Shown piece by piece: positions 13,520-28,200 of a stretch of DNA of 64,000 nucleotides (position 1 is the stretch's first letter; each line of letters starts with the position of its first letter). Position numbers and translations under genes: made by a program. This stretch comes from Ophelia neglecta. Its lineage: Eukaryota. The stretch is taken from assembly GCA_965285935.1 (NCBI GenBank), contig OZ260661.1, positions 82,708,001-82,772,000 on the forward strand, in the 5' to 3' direction. Under the pieces are notes generated by a model, which did not search any database, was not told where the DNA came from, and worked only from the letters and a program-made list of their open reading frames with translations.

Positions 13520-14050
13520 GAATGTTTCCTACGTTGATGGTATCCTATTACTATTAAGGCTGCTGGGGATTCTCAGTGTTTGCAGGCTGACCTGAATTCT
13601 CTATATGCATGGTTGAAGTTGTAGATGCTCAACTTCAATATGGAATAGTGTGTGTGGTCCTCCTAACTGAGTTCTCTATTTAATTCAATTTTACACTGCT
13701 CATGGTCATTCTGAAGGAGGAGAAGTTCCAAAAGAATCTGGGTGTCATTTTAACCAATGATCATAAGCCAGAGAATCATTTAGCTGGTATCAGAGCAAAG
13801 GATAGATAAAGAACTGGGATAAGAGAAAGCTACTTCAACAGGACAATGGAACAGAAATTGTACATAATTGTACAAATTGAACATAATACTAAAAATAATT
13901 TATTTATTTGCTATTTAGACTCCATACTGCAGTCATTAGGCAAGTGTTCAAGTATGCTGCTCTGGCTTGTTCTCCTTGGACTAAGGAAGAAAAAGTGACC
14001 CAAGAAATACATGGGATCTGTGTTTTGTACTGACTGCAGATGATGCCTGG
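13520..14050 (+). mobile_element. Degenerate CR1/L2-group LINE RT fragment in TCTE1 intron 1
   Basis: Interrupted translation DSQCLQADLNSLYAWLKL*MLNFNME*C ... KEEKFQKNLGVILTNDHKPENHL ... RQVFKYAALACSPWTKEE follows the order of RT motifs LQxDLxxLxxW / FNxxKC / EKDLGV / LEYAxxVWSP. Confidence 0.65.
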
Positions 14051-14234
14051 AATTAGCTTCCAGCTCCAGCTCAGAGCATTTATAACACTTAGTAAAACCG
14101 GAGTAATTTTCAGAATAATTAAGAGCCGTCCCTAGGTACCAAATGGCATTCTCTACAATGCATCTATTAAATCTTGGTCTGGAGAAACATACTAACGAAT
14201 AGGTCTATTAAACCAAACTCTTATATGCGATAGA

Positions 14235-14545
14235 GGGAGTTAGGAGTACATCCGAACCTCGGGATCAGCCTTTTTGAATGACCTTGATCCCGGAATTGAT
14301 GTATCAATTTATATTTACTTGGGATTTGACATTTTACCATTCTTCAGGATCAAGGATTTTCTTTACTGTGACCTGGGAATGATCTGATTAGTTTTCCATG
14401 AATCAGGATTCACTGGTTTAATTTATATAGATGTGGGAAATAGGTTTTATTCTTATGATAAGAAAAATCCAGATATCAATGTCCGTAACTCAAAATTTGC
14501 CCCTTGTTCAAACTGGGAGCTGGGGACCAGGACTCTCCTACTCCC
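14235..14545. repeat. Dispersed repeat (possible MITE) with a related copy at ~31180-31300
   Basis: Imperfect inverted ends gggagttaggagt ... actctcctactccc. Internal ccattcttcaggatcaaggat...ctgggaatgatctgatta recurs near 31250-31290 as ccattcctcaggatcaaggatctgggaatgttctgatta. Confidence 0.45.
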
Positions 14546-14917
14546 CACCCACCTTTTTTGTCATCATTTAGTCAAGTTAGTTAAGCAGCATTTATAATCA
14601 TGATGATGGTGTTTGATTGGACACTAGAGCTGGTGAATTGGACATTAGAGCTGGTGAATTGTAAAGTGAACAGGTATATTCGTTATTTATGGACTATTGG
14701 ATTGTTTCCTTCATCATTCAATGTGAATTTTGTGGGGCAGCTGTTGATGAATATAGGGGTATATGATATAGCTTTACAGTGTATACTGCACAGATGGATC
14801 ATGTACAGCATATGATGAAAATATGCATTTCTTTAAAAGCCGAAATGCTGCTTAATTTGATCTTAATTTATACAGATACTCGACAGCCGTGCTCTTATAA
14901 AGTTGCAGAATACATAC

Positions 14918-15165
14918 CTATTAAATATTGTCTATGTCAACCTGTAGTATCGGCCTGTGCCTACCAAAACTGAAGTATAAATTTGTTCAATTAGATGGTT
15001 ACTTTCTGTGTTTCCATGGAGCTGGGATACAAGTATCTTCGCGCATGCTCGTGAGATCTTTATCCGGTTCCTGTAATCGATTATCGCTCACTCCTGTTCA
15101 TAGCAGGGTTTACCGGACGAAAACCGACGAAAATATGGTTTAAAATGACCATTTAGATTAAGTGA
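14918..15165. promoter_or_regulatory. Putative bidirectional promoter and non-coding first exons of TCTE1 (-) and RPAP1 (+)
   Basis: Locally CpG-rich. Minus-strand donor AG|GTATGT at 14918/14917 and plus-strand donor GTGAGT at 15162. RFX X-box-like gtttccatggagct at 15010-15023 and NRF1-like cgcgcatgct at 15040-15049. Both ATG-containing exons begin with acceptors (13433; 16170). Confidence 0.55.
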
Positions 15166-16206
15166 GTAAGCAAATTGTTTGTCAACGACCCAGAAATGTA
15201 ATGAAAACTATATTCAACCGTGTCGAGTTGATCATCTGTCGATAAATACTACCCCCCTCCCACCACCAGTGCAGCGCCCGGAGTTGGACGAAATCAGACA
15301 GGGTCCTCCTCCCCCCCCCCCCCCTCCCCCCCCCCCATATGTGACCCGTCAACTATGAGTAAAAAGAATGGGGCACACTCTGCATTAGAGCCCAAATTTA
15401 AGGGGTCCAAACTTAACATTTTAAGTAATGATGGGGTCAAAATTCTACATTTTATTTTTTAAAGGCGGGTAAAAAATGTATAATATGTGTTATTTCTTAC
15501 TTGTTATTGCTTCTTCCAATTTTTCCTAATTTAAATAGCAGCGGGTGGTTTGAGCCACATCACATGACAAAAGTGCTCAAGCATAAGCTTTTTTATTATT
15601 TAATAGACAGATAGATAGATAGGGCGAAAAGAGTGGTCATTACCACATGGAGAGTACTAACCAAGGTATAGACCAAGGTATAGGAACTCCCAACTGCATA
15701 ACCACTAAGAAATGTGTTCAGAAGACCCCTTGGCCACAGTGTAATGACTATATATCTCATTTTAACACTTAACAGGGCTCATATATTATAGGGTGGGGGT
15801 TCGCCGATAGCAGGATTGATCCTGGCAACCGGAAAAGGAGGTTGATGTACAATAGAAAGCCCTGGTATATTTCTTATTTGTCTGCCTTATTTTGTGTTTG
15901 TACTTTATCTGGCTCCCATAATGCCTGCTATACATGAATTTCTCTTCCATTGGTCAATGTTTTCAAGCCTTGCAATACTGGGTGAACCCTTTGAATCAAT
16001 GAAACCTCGGACTGACAAGATTTGTATGTACATGCAGATGGGCAAATATAATAATGAGCTTATTATATGACATATATATATATATACATTGTATATATAT
16101 ATATAAAATTCATACTGGCCTTTCCATGAGCTGTACTGGATAAATTTGTTGCTCAAATTGTCATTTCAGAGTCCTAATTTAGTTCCTAGGCAAGGAGTTA
16201 ACAACC

Positions 16207-19200
16207 ATGAATACCATGAACACGGAGAGACCCAAAAAGGGAGAAACAGAAGAAGATCTGCTGAAACTGCAGCAAGAGTTCCTAGCCTCACAGTCAGCAC
16301 CAGCAGCAAAAGTAATCAGAGTTGGTGAAAAAAGGAAAAGTGATGACATTCCCCCAAAAAATGAGCAAGGACCCAGGGACGTTGTTTCACTTGGAGGTAA
16401 AAGAGCAACCTATTCATTTAAGTGAAATCATTTAAAAAAAACCTCCAAAAATTGAACTAAAACTGGGGGTTGGCATCAAAATGTAATTTTTCATTTGATA
16501 TAGATGGTTTATGAAAAAGTTATTTTATGAAACCTGAAAAATCAAGTAAACAATGTTATCAAATTATTTATTTTCTATTTTATTAGTAGGTTTAGTAGAA
16601 CACAATTTTGTCAGCATTTTTAGTTCTATTGAGATTTTCCGCCATGTGACAAAAGGCCCCACACCCTAGGGTTGGTTATATTATGTGGTGTGTGTAAATC
16701 ATAAGGAGAGCTCTCCCATATGGTTACAATGACACATGAATAAACTGTCTCTATGGTGCATGCATAAGACTCACCAAGCTGCATAGCTGTTTTCTTGTAA
16801 GCAGTTTGCTGTTTCTTCTATCATAATGCAAAACTATTTAACATGACACATTGTATATCCACAGTATTGTTATTAAATTTGGACAATGAAATGTATTTTA
16901 CATTTGAATTATGAAGACATGCCACCACGCTTTGAGGAGACTAAGCCTGTGGATCCTCCAAAGAAATCCAAATTTAAAGATAGGAATGAACAGAAGTTAC
17001 AATGGCCGGGGGCTCCAATGCCTGACATTGAGGAAGACCCAGAAGAATTATTAGACAGTAAGTTTGTGTGTTAGGGTCTGTTCATGGATCACTTGCCAAG
17101 ACTTTTCTGTTACATGTATTGATGTTCCTTTTGAGTTAAGGAGGATGTGAGGGCATCAAGCAAGCTGTCTTTGGCAAAGCACTGTAATCAGGTACTACTT
17201 GCATTAAGTAGTGGCAAGCAGGTAGTAGTATTCATTAGCAGCTTGATAACCAGATGGTTAATGACCTTTAATTCCTGCAGTTTTTTTCGCCTTACAAGCA
17301 TGAAAAATTGGCTTTTACATGCACCAACCAAACAGAGTTATCCTCCTGGTATTGACCTGCTAAATTATAAGAATCATTATAATATCAAAGTATAATATCA
17401 TAAGTGCATGCCTTTTCTGGGGGATATTGCACTATATGTAGGCTTTCTAGTGCCACATAAGCGTCTGACTTTTCTCATGTGTTCCATCAGACTACTGCTT
17501 ATATGATACTATAATACTGCTATTTTTCTTCTTCAGAACATGATCACCATTTTACTAAAATTCTCACAGATATTGTGGTGAGTTTCCAGCCCTTTATTTC
17601 AAGTCAAAAGTCCTGTTATAATGCTTTATCCAACAAATCTTAAATTCAGTCTATTTTTTATGTATAATTTACCTTTTCCGTATATTGAAAAATGTGGTAA
17701 AAGAATAACATCCTTTCTAATGTTCCTTTGCAAAATTATCTCTTATTTCATGAAGGAAAAGGACACACAAGCTTTTCCCATTTACTATCCACATAACAGA
17801 AGTGCTGCATTTCCAAATGCATTTCACAGGGATTCTGTTGAAGCCAATCAGGTAAGACCACGTTCAATACATAGTCCAGCTTAATTTCTATTGCCATATT
17901 AAGTCAATAATACATTATTGAACTAAACAAGGAGTAACTTTTTTATTTTGTTTGTTGAAGCATTAAGCTTGAGAGAGATGTTTATAAATTCCTTACTCTA
18001 TTTTATTTCAGCAGCCACTGAAAGCAGTTGGCAAGAAACAAAGCATTTTTGCTCAACAGTTTTCTAAGAGAAAAGCTGGTATTGAACGTCACAAATTAGG
18101 AAAGAAAACAGACATACAAGCAGTGGAAGGCATGTAACCTTTGAAAGATATTATCTTTAAATATTATAACCAAACAATGTAAAAAAATTTCAACAATTAA
18201 TTTATATGTCAAATTTACTGTTGTAGATGTCATTATGGAAACAGGTTCCAGTGGCAGTGACATTAGTGATATTGAATCAAGCTCTAACCCTAAAGCTGAG
18301 AAGGAAGTCATTCATAAAGAAAACCTGGCCAAACTTGCTGAAATGGCTGAAGAGGAAATTTTGGCAGAGCAAGAGAAACTTTTACAGACACTTGGTACAT
18401 CTAAATACGGTTTTTATGCCTGGCCCTTCACTAAATCTAATAGTTACTAAACAAATGCTTAGTGTGTGCATATGAAGAAATATTTGTTCCCTTGCAAACA
18501 CTGGAATTTTTATATTTGTTTTCTTATAATTGGTGATATTGATTTTTATCTGTAGATGTATTTTTTAGTGGTGATTCATCGTCTGCCCTTTCAGATCCTC
18601 AACTGGTGGCCTTCCTTAAAAAGAGGCATTCACATGAAAGTAGTAGTAGTTCCCAAGCTCCGAGATCTCAACCTTTACAGAGGAAGAATGAGGAATCGGC
18701 TGATCGGCCAGAAGTAATGGATAGCACAGCCGAGGCTAAACATTCTGGTAATAATGTTCAACACAGTTTGAAATGAGATATTATTTTACAATAGTGAAAT
18801 GTGGGCTATTTGTGTCAAAACTTTCAGGGCCTATAATTGTAGTGCCATGTCTATCCTTCTAGATAATAACCACAACAGGATTTTGTCTGTATGTATGTCA
18901 TTGATTTAATAATGTCTAACTATTGTGATTTTTATTTTAGAAAAAATACCTCTAAAACCTGATAAAAAGTGGCTCCACATGGATAAAATAGAATATGAAA
19001 AGCTGGAATGGATGGAAGACTTACCAACTCCCAAAGCAGGTGATCTGAAGGTAAACCTCTAATGATTTATACTGTTTATCACAGTTTTAGTTTAAAACTG
19101 AAATTTTGAGAAAGTGGTGCCTTTATAAAAACTGAAATACATGTTGCCTTCATTTACATTTACTTTACAATGACCAACTGACCTGCATATATTAAAGTAA

Positions 19201-22200
19201 ACACCACCACTCCCTACTGAAATTTTCCTGGGGCAGTCCTTATAATACACAGATACTATTAAAATAAACTTCTTCCTTTGTCCATCATAGAGTCATCAAG
19301 CCGGCTTGGCTTTTTCACTATCTATATGTTCATGAAACATATGTATTTTGTAAAATAAAACCATTTTCTTCATTAATAACTTTATTTTCAGACAGGGCAC
19401 CCTGCAAGGTTTGATTTCCAGGGTAACATTTTAGCCAGTGATGCAAATCTCCCCACTTTTATGGGACTGCACCATCATGGAAGTGAACCCGAGGTATACA
19501 TTTTCCTTCAGTAGTGCATCATTTATTCCGAACTACAATTTTGACAATTATTAGGATAATTTCATCAACTACAGATACATAAATCTGCATTATATATTGC
19601 AAATCTAATTAGTTTGTTCTTGCAGAGAGCTGGTTACAGTCTAGAAGAGTTGTTCCAGCTAGGACGCAGTGCTAATATGCAACAGAGGTGTATGGCACTC
19701 AACACATTGGCCAGAATCATTGTTAATGTAAGAGGCCCTGCTCTCCTAACTACATGTGTAATAACAGAATGTTCTAGTATAGTGGCAGGGCGAGCTGGCA
19801 GATTTTATCAAACAGCTAAAAGCTCAGCAAATAAATAGCTAAGCCTGCAGGAAACAATTTTCATAGAGTAAGGGAGCAGGACTTGCAAATTTTCATTAGA
19901 CACATACTGAGACCCTGACATATAGTTTTTAAGTTGGCTTAACTTAAGTTAGGAGTAGAGGAGAAGAGAAGAAGCTTCACAACCTTCAGCCTTGGGGGGT
20001 GTATTTTGAATAACCTCCTCTTGCTTTGTTTCTTAATTTTGCTGCTTTTGGTTTAAATAGAAACAACAAAATATAGATGGCACCAAAAATTTATCAAATC
20101 CTCAAGGCTGATAAAATGACAAAAATAAAACAAAATATTAAGTGTTTTAATAGGGGCTGTGATGTGGTGACTTCCCCCAAATCCAAACCTCATTCTCCTT
20201 TACAATGAAAAGCAGTTGAAGTAAAATGACATGAGAAATAAAATAGAAAATTCATGCCGAAAATGCTGTATTTTAATGCACAATTTTGTACATTCTGACT
20301 TTGACTGCAGGTGCGGGTTGGTAAGTTCAGCGAGTGTTTATCAAGCCCTGTGATTCCTACCTTACTGGACGGTGGACTGGCTTTCCTGTGTCGCTGGGCG
20401 CTGGACGACAGTACTGACAACACCATGGTGGCTGCCCTCCACCTGACACACTCACTGCTCGTCTGCTCACAAGATGAGGTCAGTCCCCACACCAGACAAA
20501 TTATTAAGTTACCGGAGATTTTTCTAAATTCTAGGCTTTATATAGCAAGTGAGTAGTCATAATCTGTATTAAAGTTAAGCTTCCCAGACACAATTTCCAA
20601 ACAAATCTTTTCATGAACAGTCTGGATTAACTCTATTACAATTAATTCCTAATTTCTTCAAGGCTGTTGTTGTTTGCAGGAGGCAGCAGACCAGGTATTT
20701 TACTGGTACAGAGGACATGAGTTACCCGAGCTGTGTACAGCCAAGGCCGAGAAGGACGGAGAAGAGGAGGGAGAGCAACAAGAAACCGACTCAGACATTG
20801 TCAAGGAGGATCTTGTTAAGGTCAATCTCATATGGAATACTAACACCTCCATTTATTACGATACGAAAATTAATTAACAATGCAGTAACCCAGAAATCAT
20901 ATTATATATTTTTCTGTTTTTAACTGACTATTTTAACACAAGTTCAGTCCTTGGTGGCATTTCCGACATAAATAACAGGAGCAGGGCCCCTTATGTCATA
21001 CCACAAGGCTATGTACATGTACGAGCAAAATGCGATGTGATTCATACCATGTTCTTAAAATCCCTCTCGTTTTATTTAAGAGCTTGGGTTCATTTAAATA
21101 TAAGAGGAATGTATTTTCTTGTCAGGGATTCCTGAGGATGTCATTGCTCTCAAGGTTAAGATACATCATTGAGATTTGGAGACCAGATCCATATGTAGTT
21201 CTGCAAATTCTTGACATATTAATACGCATCGCCAGACATTCATCGCAAGCTTCCTATGAGGTACCAACCGGCTTTAAACTCTTCTACAGCTTTAATGTGC
21301 GAAATTATTCATGTTTTATTTTTTGCACATTTTAAATTTAAAATATAAATTATCTTGATATTAGGTAATAGATAGTCTCCCATATGTCAAAAATATCATT
21401 CACTTATTTCTTGTATTGAAGGTCATTCAGTGTCCTAGACTAATAGACACCATTGTAGGCGAGTTCACTGCACCCACACCCAGCACTGGTATGTTTTCTC
21501 TGTGGTACAAGTTTACTACAGTGTCCCCTTGTATGTTAACTGTATGAAGTTAGTACCACATACACAAGATTGTCAATTTAAGCATGTGCAGAGTAATTTG
21601 TTCCATTGGAAAATACCAGATTTTTTTTATGGACTCCAATGCATGTGGTCTTATATTTGTTTTAGAGAGTAGTGGAGTAAAGACAGCGTATGGAAGGCCT
21701 GTTGGAAAGGCATTCAAACTACTCAGAGTGATAGGGAGTGCTGGAAAACACATGGCAGCCAACTTGGTAGGTTATTTTAAAAAGGGATTTTTAAACTAGG
21801 CAAACCTATATCTCCGGGTATCAAACTCAGTGATACCAATTTATCATCTACCTAGTAAGAAGTTGAAAATTCTTCTACTTGCTGCACCTGTTTCACCCTA
21901 GGTATACTGATACATGTTGTCTGAAACACTTGTTGTGTAGAAGAATGTTCAACTAGAGCAGCTAATAATTCATTGTGGACAGCTCCCCCAGAAAATTTAA
22001 CTAAGAGCTGGCCAATCACAGCTCCTGTACCAAAGAGGTCACATGCACATCATTTTGGCCTCGGATTTTGTCACGGTAGATAAATGCGAGGGCTTGACCA
22101 TTTTAAGCAGCGGTTGATGAGATAGGGCCATGCTTAGAAAGAATCACCTCCGTTACTTGATGCCCGGATAGAAATATTTGAATTAAAGCTAGCTGCGTGG

Positions 22201-25200
22201 GAATATAGGTTTTGAAGCAATGAATTCATGGTTCTAGGCTAGATAGATGATAAATGAATCTATATATTATACATGTTATTTAGATTTGAGATTAGAGAAA
22301 AGATGGCAAAATGAATGTAAGATAATATAGATAGATATACCATAAGGCTTGTGATTGACTTGACGGATGTACTGTTAATTGCTTCAGGTAAACAAATACA
22401 ACTTAATGGAAAGAATAGGAAGATATTTGGCTGCATCTGTAAGGTAAGGTGCTAATTTGTATGCAAGAACTAGTAAAATCAGTTGCTACCAGAAGGCATT
22501 CTATGTGCTAGTCCTTGCAGGCACTGTCTGCAGAGGTGGTGTTGTGGCAAATGTATAAGTAGTGAGTTGTAAGTAGTGTTTTCACACCTACACTTTGATT
22601 AATCTTGTAAAATTCATCAACACTGTTCAATCAATTTTATTTTCTATAGTGACTTGTTACCAGCTATTGAAGATGATTTGGATGTACAGTTGGAATGCTG
22701 GAAACTGTGGCATGTTTGTGCTGGCTATGGAATGGGGGAAACACTCTTTAGGTGAGTTGTCAAGCTCCCTTAAAACTGATGAACTTTGTGGGAGATGTCA
22801 GACTCCATTGTTTTTATTGAAATAAGTCTCCCAATCTGTACTTTCCTTTTAAAATAATTTTCTGAGTACACAAGTCATGACTCTTTGTAGAATCAGACAT
22901 TCTTTTTACCCAGATTGAAATGCACACAGATGAATGATTGCAAAATTATATTTACTGAAGATAGTTTTTTTTATGAATAAGTAAATGTAAGTCTAACATT
23001 CATTTGCATGTCAGACATTTTCTATTGATATCAGAAAAAGTACTGAAAATACTATGTAACTGCTATTTAAGGCATTTAGCTGGGCCTGAGATTAAACAGC
23101 ATGTAAGTTTATGTTTTATTTGTATTTCAGAGAGTTCTATGGAATTCTGATATCAGAATTTCAGAAATTATGTAATGCGACCCCTCACAGTCCTGTGAGA
23201 ATTCAACATGAAATGATCAGCTGTGTAGCCCTCTTTGAAACCATGACCAATGTGGCCTCATTTTCTACATTGGCCAGGTCAAAAAAAAGTGTGCAAAGGT
23301 AGGAAGCAATGGGATGAAAATATATCTAACCATCAAATTAAATCATATCTGAAATTGAAGTTGCAAAAATATACAGTTTCTCTGACACCAAATTCACTAT
23401 TTATTTAAGGTGTAGCTCAAAGAAAGAGTAGGGTTGGAGTAACTAATTAACACACATATGGGAGAATAGGCCTGGGTAACTTGTTTGGAATAGGTATCAT
23501 CACCAAGCTGTCTGTACTACTTCAGTTATAGAAGTGTGAACCTAAAAGCTTGTTATTTGAAACCATTTGACAGGAACAAAAATATTTTTATCAGCCAATG
23601 CATGCTCCAAGCACAGAGAACAGGTCTTGCAATCATGGAAAAGTCCTGGAACTTTGAATTGGTAAAAGCTCCTGGAAAAGTCCTATATAGTCTAAAAGAT
23701 TCCTGGATCAGTATTGAAAAAAATTCTGAACCTGTCTGAACTGTTACTATACATTAAAATTGGTGAAGGTCCTGTATTGCTTAAGCCCTAGTTAAGTTAA
23801 TAAATTAATGTTTTCACTTAAAACATACCTTTGTTTAAACTGCACATGAAACAGTTTGAATTTTATTTATCCCTCATATGGGTTATTAATCAGTCAAAAA
23901 GAAGCAGACGTGCTATCAATCTTCCACTAGCTATCTATGTTTTTTTTAGCGAGATGCCAGCAGTTCCTGAGATTAACTGGAGCCATGTGGTGGGACTAAC
24001 AGAGCCTATCTCTGTGTGTCTGAAGAAGCATCTCAACCATTTTACAGCCAGTTACTTTGACAAGTGTTTTGACACTTGTATTCTTTCAGCTTGTCTCAAC
24101 TATATGGCAACATTTTACAACACGGCTGATAGCCAGGTAAGCCTAGGTGGCTTTTTCAGTAGATCAAAATGATAAATTTGCTGTTTATAAATTTTTTATA
24201 TCATAGTATATACAGTGGTCCCTGTGATGTAGGGCCGCCCCTAAATCCAAGGAAAAGTGGCCCTGCATCAGAGGTACTTTAACATGGTAAAGAGAGGACA
24301 TGGGGATTCAAGCACTGTCCTGCCATTGTAGGTGGCCCTTTATTGGAGGGGCCTTACTTCGCAGGGACTACTGCATTATTTAATGATTATTCTAGTTTCT
24401 AGCAAATCATAAAGTATTAATGCAAACTGATGAAACAGCAATACTTGTGTTTTTTCAGCCAGGCTATAATCCCATTCAGATGATAGACAGCATTGATTTA
24501 CTCTGTGACCAGTTTCTCATACCGTGCCTCAAGTCTCAGGCATTTCAAGCTGTTTTGAAGGGAATTAGGTGGGATATATTAAGTTATCAGTATATATTAG
24601 AATTGTTATACATCTTTTGCTGTTTGTCCCTCAAACTTTGATGAATTTTGATACATTGAATACCATACTCTAATTGATATATTTGTGCAATTGGAGATCT
24701 TGTTGAATGAGCCTTCACTTTGGTGAGAATATAATTCTGCATGCTGTTGATAATTGTGGATTTCTTGTACATTTAAAAGGAGTCATTCCATGCTTTTGTA
24801 TGGTGAGAAGACCGATCGCTCAGAAGCGGCCAGCACAATACCAGAGTTAGGATCCCTGATTGGAGAGAATGCTGTGAGCTGTCCAATCATCAGTCAGACG
24901 TCTACCATCCATCTGGTGGTGGCCATGCTAAGGATGATCTGTGCAATGGGAAAAGTCAACAAAACAGTACCCAAAAAGGTCAAATATTTAGAATTGTTCA
25001 ATGGACCTTGTTAGTGATAGCAACCCCATTCCAGGATTGCTTGCAGCTCTAGAATTTGGCATTCAACTTCACTATTCTTGCTGTGTCATGTTTCATATGA
25101 AGGCTACATGTTATTTTCTTAACTTTGACACATGTTTTGATAGTGATCATTGTCTTGTTTGATTTCAGCATATCTCAACTGAGCTTGCCTCACCTACAAG

Positions 25201-28200
25201 TCTACTGTTTGTATTAATTGATTAAAATGACCTCCATCTAAGGATATCAAGAACAAAGTCTGATCAATAATATTATCTTCTACTTTGTCAGGTCCATCAT
25301 TATATCCTTCAAAGTGAAGAAACTTTGCTATATGCCAGAAAAATATGCCAAACTTATAAGGCAAAGAATGCTGAGAATTATTTCACCAAATGGGAGTGTT
25401 TGATACAGTGCCTCTTACAGCAGATGGCTAGACAGGTGGTAAGTTGATATTTTCTTCCTACTTTTAGACAGCCCATTTCAGTGACCTTCACTCCTTGTTA
25501 GCTTGCACAGGGGTATTGTGATATGTAAAGAGGAACTTGAGAGAACCTAGAAGAAGTTCTTTGTGTCGTCATAAGTTAGTAACCTTTCTGCAGTATAACG
25601 CAACTCAAGATTCTCTTTCCATACCTTGATACCCTTGTGTGTTGGAATAGTTTTTAAGCCTTGTTTTGACTTTTTTGTTTGCTATATTTTCCTAGGAAGC
25701 TGATGTGGATCATAAAATATATCACCAAATGTCCCTGAACACACTGATCAGCCTGCACCAAGGCTGTGAACACGAGGCTCATGAATTACTGTCGACTGTG
25801 ATATTCAATGGAGATTTCATGCAGGACATAACCGGAGAGGCTTCCTCTCCTCTGGCTGGGCTCGGGGAGAGACTGACACTAGAGGAGCCTCACCCACTCA
25901 CCAGTGCCACACAGGAAGTGATCCACACCACCAGGGGGCAGCTGTTGAAGGACACATCTACACATCTGACAGACATAAGGTCCACCTATCTCCAGTCTGT
26001 CTCCGGTATGGTGAGAAACCTACACAGGTCCAGGTAACTGTTACAATTTTGTACCTCTTTAGAAAACTGTTTTAGGAAAAAAATGTCAGGCAGTGTAGTT
26101 GTTCTTTATTTCATATTCAGTGCTCACTACAGAGTATTCTGTCCAAAATAGAGGGCCATATCAAATAATACAGCTAGGAGAGAGGTAGATCAATGTCCCC
26201 TATCATAGTACAAGATTATACTTATTGTTCTGTTACGAAGGTAACCACTACCTAATATTCCGCTGGGGACACAACACCACATCCATCATGCTCAATTTTG
26301 GGAAGACCTTCTCGGCAGTGTTAGCTCCAATAACATGATGCTCTTAAAGTATTGAAAGAAATAGGAAAACCCCATGAGCTCCTAGCATGCCTCTTGTAAA
26401 CATTGTCATGTGCCCTCTTGCCTTGTCAAGGATTGTACTAAACAATGCAATCGGGAGGGCATGATGAATAACTTTCCAAGCAGAAAATGTAGTTAGTACC
26501 CTGAGAATTTTTCTCTCACACAGCCAGTCAGTGCACATCTGGCAGACTTTTGACATTTACACCTTCTTCTAGACTAAGGTCATAATGAACCCAATTGTTG
26601 AACCATTTTTAGCCAAGGGGGGGTATTTAATAGAACTTAAAAGATAATCTAGTGCCTTATTAATGCAAAAATATTGCATATGACCAAGACAGATAGCCTG
26701 CTCAGTTTTAATGCTATGAAAACATTAAAGACACTTTTGACCTTTTGAAAAATGGCCTTTATGTGTTTTAATGCCTAAGTGTGATTCAGCAATCCATTAT
26801 TGATCTTTTCTGCACAGACACAGGGCACTCTTCCAGTGTTGTGAAGTGGACAGATTTTTGACGGGACCAGTCAGTGAGACACTGGTTCCAGTTGACTGGA
26901 TGTTTCTCCCTTTACTAGAAATATACAACAAATCAACACAAGTGTAAGTACCCGTCTGATTCCATATATAGTTCATTAATCATATATTTAGTTTTCATAT
27001 TCATTTTTGAAAAATGCAAAATATGCAATATTTTAGGAAATTAAGAGAAAAGCAGGAGCATCTAGAAGCCTCCATGCTGGTGATGGTGACAAACTGCCTG
27101 AGATGGGTTCACTTCCTCGAGTGTTACAGGCCCAGCTCATTATTGTCAGTCTCAGCCCCGGTGAAACTCACCAGAATCATGTGTACATTTCTTGCTGGTG
27201 GGTTTATTTATCCCAAATTTCTTAGCATATGTATCAGTCTAAAGTGGTAAAGCTTTTTAAAATCTGTCTAAAAACTATCTCATAGCATATCTAAGACCAG
27301 ACAAGCATTGATATTAAAACTTTGGTTTCTATATACTTTATCGATCATTAATTTCCAGGAAGTGATCTGTTCTTGGACAAAGTGGTTCATTCTTATTTGG
27401 CTGGACTACTCCGCATGTTCTGTACCCCAGTTATGTTAGATCGTCTCGACTTAACAGAAAAAATACCCGGACTGGCTTCGTTTTATGACTTTTTCATCTT
27501 GTTTCTGGAGCAGTATGAATCTGTGTCCTTTGGAGATTCACTGTTTGGTTGTTATTTGTTACTGCCACTTCAGCAAAAACATGATATAGACCTGCGAAGA
27601 GCTGTCTGGGGTGAACACGATATGGTGCTTAGAAGCCTGTTCATACCGATAAATGAGGTGAGGTGATATTTTAACATTGACATTTCTGTTAAGAAAAGTT
27701 GTGAATTTAGAAATAAAAAAATACATATTATGTCCACTAATATAAATATTCAATGCTGGAATGTTCAACAATTATTTTTGGGAGGAGGGAACCGACTCCC
27801 TTTACTATGCCCGCAAATTTTACAAATCGTGACGTCACCTGGATCGGAGCGGCAGTTAAAATTGATTATGGCACTTGTCTTGTAGCCCCATTGTGGTGTA
27901 AAGGGTTCAAAGCCGCCAGTTCACAGCATTATACAACACATGCAATGGTAATTTGCTAATATACCCTGTCAAATTCTTGGAGAAATGAGTTTAAACATTT
28001 GGGCCCCCTGCTGCGAAATCGCCATGTATCCAGAGAAAGTCCGGCTGCATGGGATGGGTAAGTCAGTAGCGCAGAGGCCAGTTTGGAGGCGGTGGTTTCG
28101 TGATTAACCTGTGAGCTGTGCGTAGATGCCATGCTTTTGTCATGCGATTTGTGTAGCCTTTCACGTACATGGCTGTAATACAACAGTACAATGTCAATAA

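Noticed and set aside
26461-26560. Possible intronic C/D-box snoRNA (ATGATGA ... CTGA)
   Set aside because: No terminal stem or properly spaced box D; such words are common in AT-rich DNA.
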